Source: a bacterium
GTDB lineage: Bacteria > SAR324 > NAC60-12
DNA length: 10,867 bases
Assembly: GCA_965233585.1 (NCBI GenBank)
Contig: CBDDTI010000695.1
Coordinates: 1-10,867 of the forward strand
Reading direction: 5' to 3'
In this document: piece after piece, positions 9,739 through 10,867 of the stretch
Position numbering within the stretch: position 1 is the first letter of the stretch
Layout: every line of letters begins with the position of its first letter
Notes under the pieces: generated by a model
Seen by the model: the letters and a program-made list of their open reading frames with translations, nothing else
The model's database searches: none
What the model was told of the DNA's origin: nothing
Position numbers and translations under genes: made by a program

Positions 9739-9932
9739 AATAGGCCATTTTTGAGTTGCCTTTGTAAACTTTAAAACGAGTCTTTGTGAACATACCATTC
9801 ATTCAAACTGAAAATGTGGTCCACACACATTTTTTCTCATGCAAATCAAACTAGTCTTGTTTTCATATGAAAGATTTTGCATGAAGACTCATTTTGAAAC
9901 AGAGGTACATGATAACTCAAAAATGACCTACT
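9739..9932. mobile_element. Palindromic MITE (about 190 bp), superfamily unassigned
   Basis: TIRs aataggccatttttgagtt / aactcaaaaatgacctact plus internal inverted similarity (aaaacgagtctt / aagactcatttt). Confidence 0.75.
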
Positions 9933-9999
9933 AAATTGACATCATGTCTTTAATATATTAAATGCTGTCTTAAATCACTTCAAATGAAAGTTAATGAAT

Positions 10000-10660
10000 A
10001 AAGAGATGAGCTTTAATGAATGAACAAAAGAACAAACAATTGAACAAACAAAGAAACAAAAAAATAAATCAATGACAGAAAGGTCCAATGAGCAGGTGGA
10101 TGGCTGAACAAACAACAAACGCATGAATGGATGAACAATGACCAGACAGACAGGGAAGTTGACAGATGGACAGACAGACAGAACTTGGACAAGTCAACAA
10201 AGTAAAAAAAGTGGAATTGAAAGAAAAAATTGATAAACAAATGGATGGACAGAGAGACAAACAGTTGAAAGGATCAACAGATAAAAAAAGAATAGTTAAT
10301 GAATGACAAATGAGGTCTCCAGATAATAAATGAGGGGAAAAAAGTAAAAAGAACTGGAACTAACTTGTAAAGGTTGAACAAAGAAAAAACACATATAAAT
10401 AAAGCAAGGTACAAATCATTCATGATTAATGATCAAACCAAAGAACAAATGAATGAAGGAATGACCAAAACGAACGAACGAACAAACAAACAAATGAACG
10501 AATGAACAAACGAATGAACGAACGAACGAACGAATGAATGATTGATCAACTGTACACAAACAAAATTAATAAGAGAATGAAAAAAGAACAAAAGAAAGAG
10601 ACAGACGACAACAGAACAAACGGACGAAGGAAGAAATAGATGAATGGACAAATAAAATAT
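10000..10660. repeat. Degenerate compound tetranucleotide microsatellite (GAAT/GAAC/AAAC/GGAT/AGAC)
   Basis: Period-4, A-rich repeats; the purest tract is at about 10468-10540. Confidence 0.85.
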
Positions 10661-10867
10661 TAGATACAATAAGGACAATACCAGACTGGCTTCAAGATCA
10701 ATGCACCTATAAAGTATATGAATCACACTTTAAAAATCCTGCTGGGACTAATAACAATATTACAGAGGAAATATACTTCAACTGCCTGAAATGAGAAATG
10801 TTTAGCATAATGATTTACAGTCCTTTTGAAGGTAAAATGGCTGCTGGTTTATTGATGGTCATTTCAT

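Noticed and set aside
10013..10726. Hydrophobic F/L/V/S-rich ORFs resembling membrane proteins
   Set aside because: They are translations of the tetranucleotide microsatellite.
10720..10800. Candidate upstream PFKFB exon after a tttcag acceptor (AVEVYFLCNIVISPSRIFKV*)
   Set aside because: It does not match the expected FFxESxCxD motif, so the preceding exon is probably beyond the window.

Overview
Eukaryotic (animal) genomic DNA; the repeat landscape suggests a cnidarian, probably a stony coral (inference from recalled repeat motifs, not a search). The minus strand carries 11 consecutive GT-AG coding exons (9372 down to 757; 778 nt, 259 codons plus 1 nt, frame-consistent, no stops) of a 6-phosphofructo-2-kinase/fructose-2,6-bisphosphatase (PFKFB) gene. 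They cover the end of the kinase domain and nearly all of the histidine-phosphatase domain; the first and last exons appear to lie outside the window. Spliced peptide: EVKVFSPDYVTVDRDTAVEDFRERIKHYEYAYQPLSLEKEG/NLSFIKIINAGEQYLVNNIDG/YLQSRAVYFLMNSHIKKRSIYLAR/HGESQFNVQKRLGGDSDLTVRGEE/FSFALARFIEDEKLKDLK/VWTSQLKRAVDTAQYLKGVSTERWKALNEMDH/GIYDGMTLDEIKKMDPEEHKVIEEHPFNYRYPRGE/SYSDVCARLEPVIM/ELERQSNVLVICHE/AILQCLMAYFLDHSSG/ELPNLSIPFHTVFKLTPIAY(G). Roughly half of the window is intronic transposon-derived DNA: two tRNA-derived SINEs, a 637-bp near-perfect TTAA-flanked palindrome, two hairpin-ended elements joined end to end, a decayed two-gene Harbinger transposon and several MITEs. The most notable observations are (1) a phosphatase domain that keeps its catalytic residues but has replaced five sugar-phosphate-binding residues, and (2) hairpin-ended repeats whose mismatches are repeatedly tandem G.A pairs on one strand. 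None of the supplied ORFs is a real standalone gene.
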